Part shown: positions 7,100 through 8,529 of the stretch, in pieces
Position numbering within the stretch: position 1 is the stretch's first letter
Layout of the letters: the number at the start of each line of letters is the position of its first letter
NCBI GenBank assembly: GCA_051294375.1
Contig: JBJCIZ010001380.1
Span: 1-8,529 of the forward strand
Length of the DNA stretch: 8,529 bases
DNA from: Paraspadella gotoi
Taxonomy: Eukaryota > Animalia > Chaetognatha
Direction: 5' to 3'
Translations under genes and position numbers: made by a program
Notes under the pieces: generated by a model
Seen by the model: only the letters and a program-made list of their open reading frames with translations
What the model was told of the DNA's origin: nothing
Database searches by the model: none

Positions 7100-8529
7100 A
7101 ATGGTTGACCCAGCGCCTGTCGTGTATTGACGCATAGGACCGCGTTAAAGACGAGTCAACAGTTGCGCCACTGTTACTTGCTTTATTCGGCGTTGCCGGC
7201 TACGCCGTCAGGCGTGAGCCTCTCCACATTTGTGGCGCCTTCAGGATATTGCTCCTCTTAATCTCAGGTGAGTCCAACACCAACCCGGGTTTCGCTTTTT
7301 TCTGGCTGCTCAGGACGTCGTGTTGTTGTGTTTTCCGGACGGCCAGGGAGACTGGGGGCGGTGGTTGATCGGCGGCGTTGTGTAGATTGACAACGCAGTC
7401 GAGGGTCGGAAGTGCTTCTATGTCCGTGCATAGATTTCCCCGTCCCCTCCGCTACGCCCGTCGTCCGAGGTGTTTGGTCATCGTAGTGTCAAACGATCTG
7501 CGGAGCGTTGGTCCGAATTTGGTTGACCATTGAAGAGGTCTGGCGGAATTTGAAGTTTTCCGTCCTTGTCAAATAGTGGCGGTCCGCCAAGCTGACCAGA
7601 GTCCGCGGGCGGTCAGATCGTCGGCTTTTTTCTTTCCTAGTTTGACGTCGTATCTCGTGAGGGTAGATTCGCGGAAGGATTTTTTGCCTTCCGGTACGTC
7701 GTCTAAAAGTGAGAAATTTTTTGGTTCGCATCCTCGAGTTCAGCTCAGTCTTTGAGGCTTAAGCTTCCATGGACATCGAGGGCGTCGAGGAAATGGTGGC
7801 GGCCTGCCTGGCGACGAGTTAGGCTGTACTCTTGTTCTCAGATAAGTGATGAATTCGGCTCGCAAGTTTGTAGTCGTTGGCAGGTCGCCGAAAGAAATAA
7901 ATTTTGATTTTGAATCTTCGAATGCGAAGTTTATTCCGATTTAGATTCGAGTGTGCAAATTTGTTTTTAGCGGAGCGAGCGATCCAGCTCGGGTGAGCTG
8001 CTTTCCCCCTTTAATCAATTTTCGAATGCTTGCAGACACTGTCGACTCCGGTAGTCGGGTTTTTCGGTTTGAAGGCTGCGCTTCCAATTGCGCGGCGTGG
8101 CGGGGGGGGGCCGGCGAGAGTGGCGCGTGAATCGTCGTTCTTGTCTCTCAGTATGCTCTTGGGTCGGCGGCCAGCGGTCGGGCCAATGAGCGGCGTTCCT
8201 TGAAGTTGTGGAGCCGTATCGTGCGGGAAGTCGAGAGGTGAACGGCCGCGTCGGTGGGAAGACGGCGGGGAGATAGATCCGCGAGGCGGTTGTCCGCCGC
8301 CGAGCGCCGAAAAGGGACTTGTAACCTTATCTCTTCGAGACGCTGGTCGGCTCGGAGTTTCGTTGGCGGAGGCGGTATCATCAATCGCAAGTCGGAGCCC
8401 ATCATTGAAGGCTGGGCTCGTGCAAGTTCAATGGGGAAGGTTTGACAAAATGTGAAAGGGGATGTGTGAGCGGATTGGGTGAGATCGTCCTTAATGCCCA
8501 ATTTCGGCATCACCGCGATCTTACCTCGA
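7100..8529 (-). mobile_element. Degenerate non-LTR retrotransposon (LINE)-like fragment, running off the window end; extent uncertain
   Basis: The - strand at ~8410-8528 reads GKIAVMPKLGIKDDLT and, across frameshifts, NP..P F.ILSNLP..LARA. This resembles the N-terminal RT motif (..IPKPGKDDxTxPxSYRPIxLLSxLxKxLER) of R1/LOA/I-type LINEs. Later RT motifs (QxGF, FLD, PQG, YADD) are not cleanly recognisable, and the left limit rests only on GC-rich composition. Confidence 0.4.

Noticed and set aside
6403-7100. ORFs 6403-6618, 6850-7062 and 6891-7100
   Set aside because: Their Leu/Ser- or Arg/Glu-rich products come from GA/CT microsatellite tracts.
6339-7160. Solo LTR (starts TGT, minus-strand AATAAA near 6380, CT-rich body)
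   Set aside because: I found no matching terminal inverted end with a target-site duplication, and no PBS or PPT.

Overview
Eukaryotic, probably invertebrate, repeat-rich genomic DNA. I see no prokaryotic gene layout, and most ORFs in the supplied track are spurious. From left to right: (1) 1-786, a frameshifted, stop-interrupted + strand coding remnant ending in a ZZ-type zinc-finger motif. (2) ~900-2536, an AT-rich non-autonomous element with DINE-1/HINE (Helentron-associated) architecture: ~20-bp minisatellite, ~130-160-bp internal tandem units, GACG microsatellite, and a terminal hairpin next to an A/T run. (3) 3000-3185, a probable 186-nt Cys-rich internal exon on the - strand with good splice sites. 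(4) 3203-~5560, a second, inverted copy of the same element. It is exact for 25 bp and then stays collinear but is swollen about two-fold by many short GC-richer insertions. (5) Interrupted GA-rich tracts at ~6450-7090. (6) A GC-rich degenerate segment to the window end carrying a LINE reverse-transcriptase-like motif on the - strand. The hidden inverted, insertion-riddled copy flanking the exon is the main observation. An insertion-biased long-read or consensus artefact explains the insertions at least as well as real biology does, and must be excluded first.
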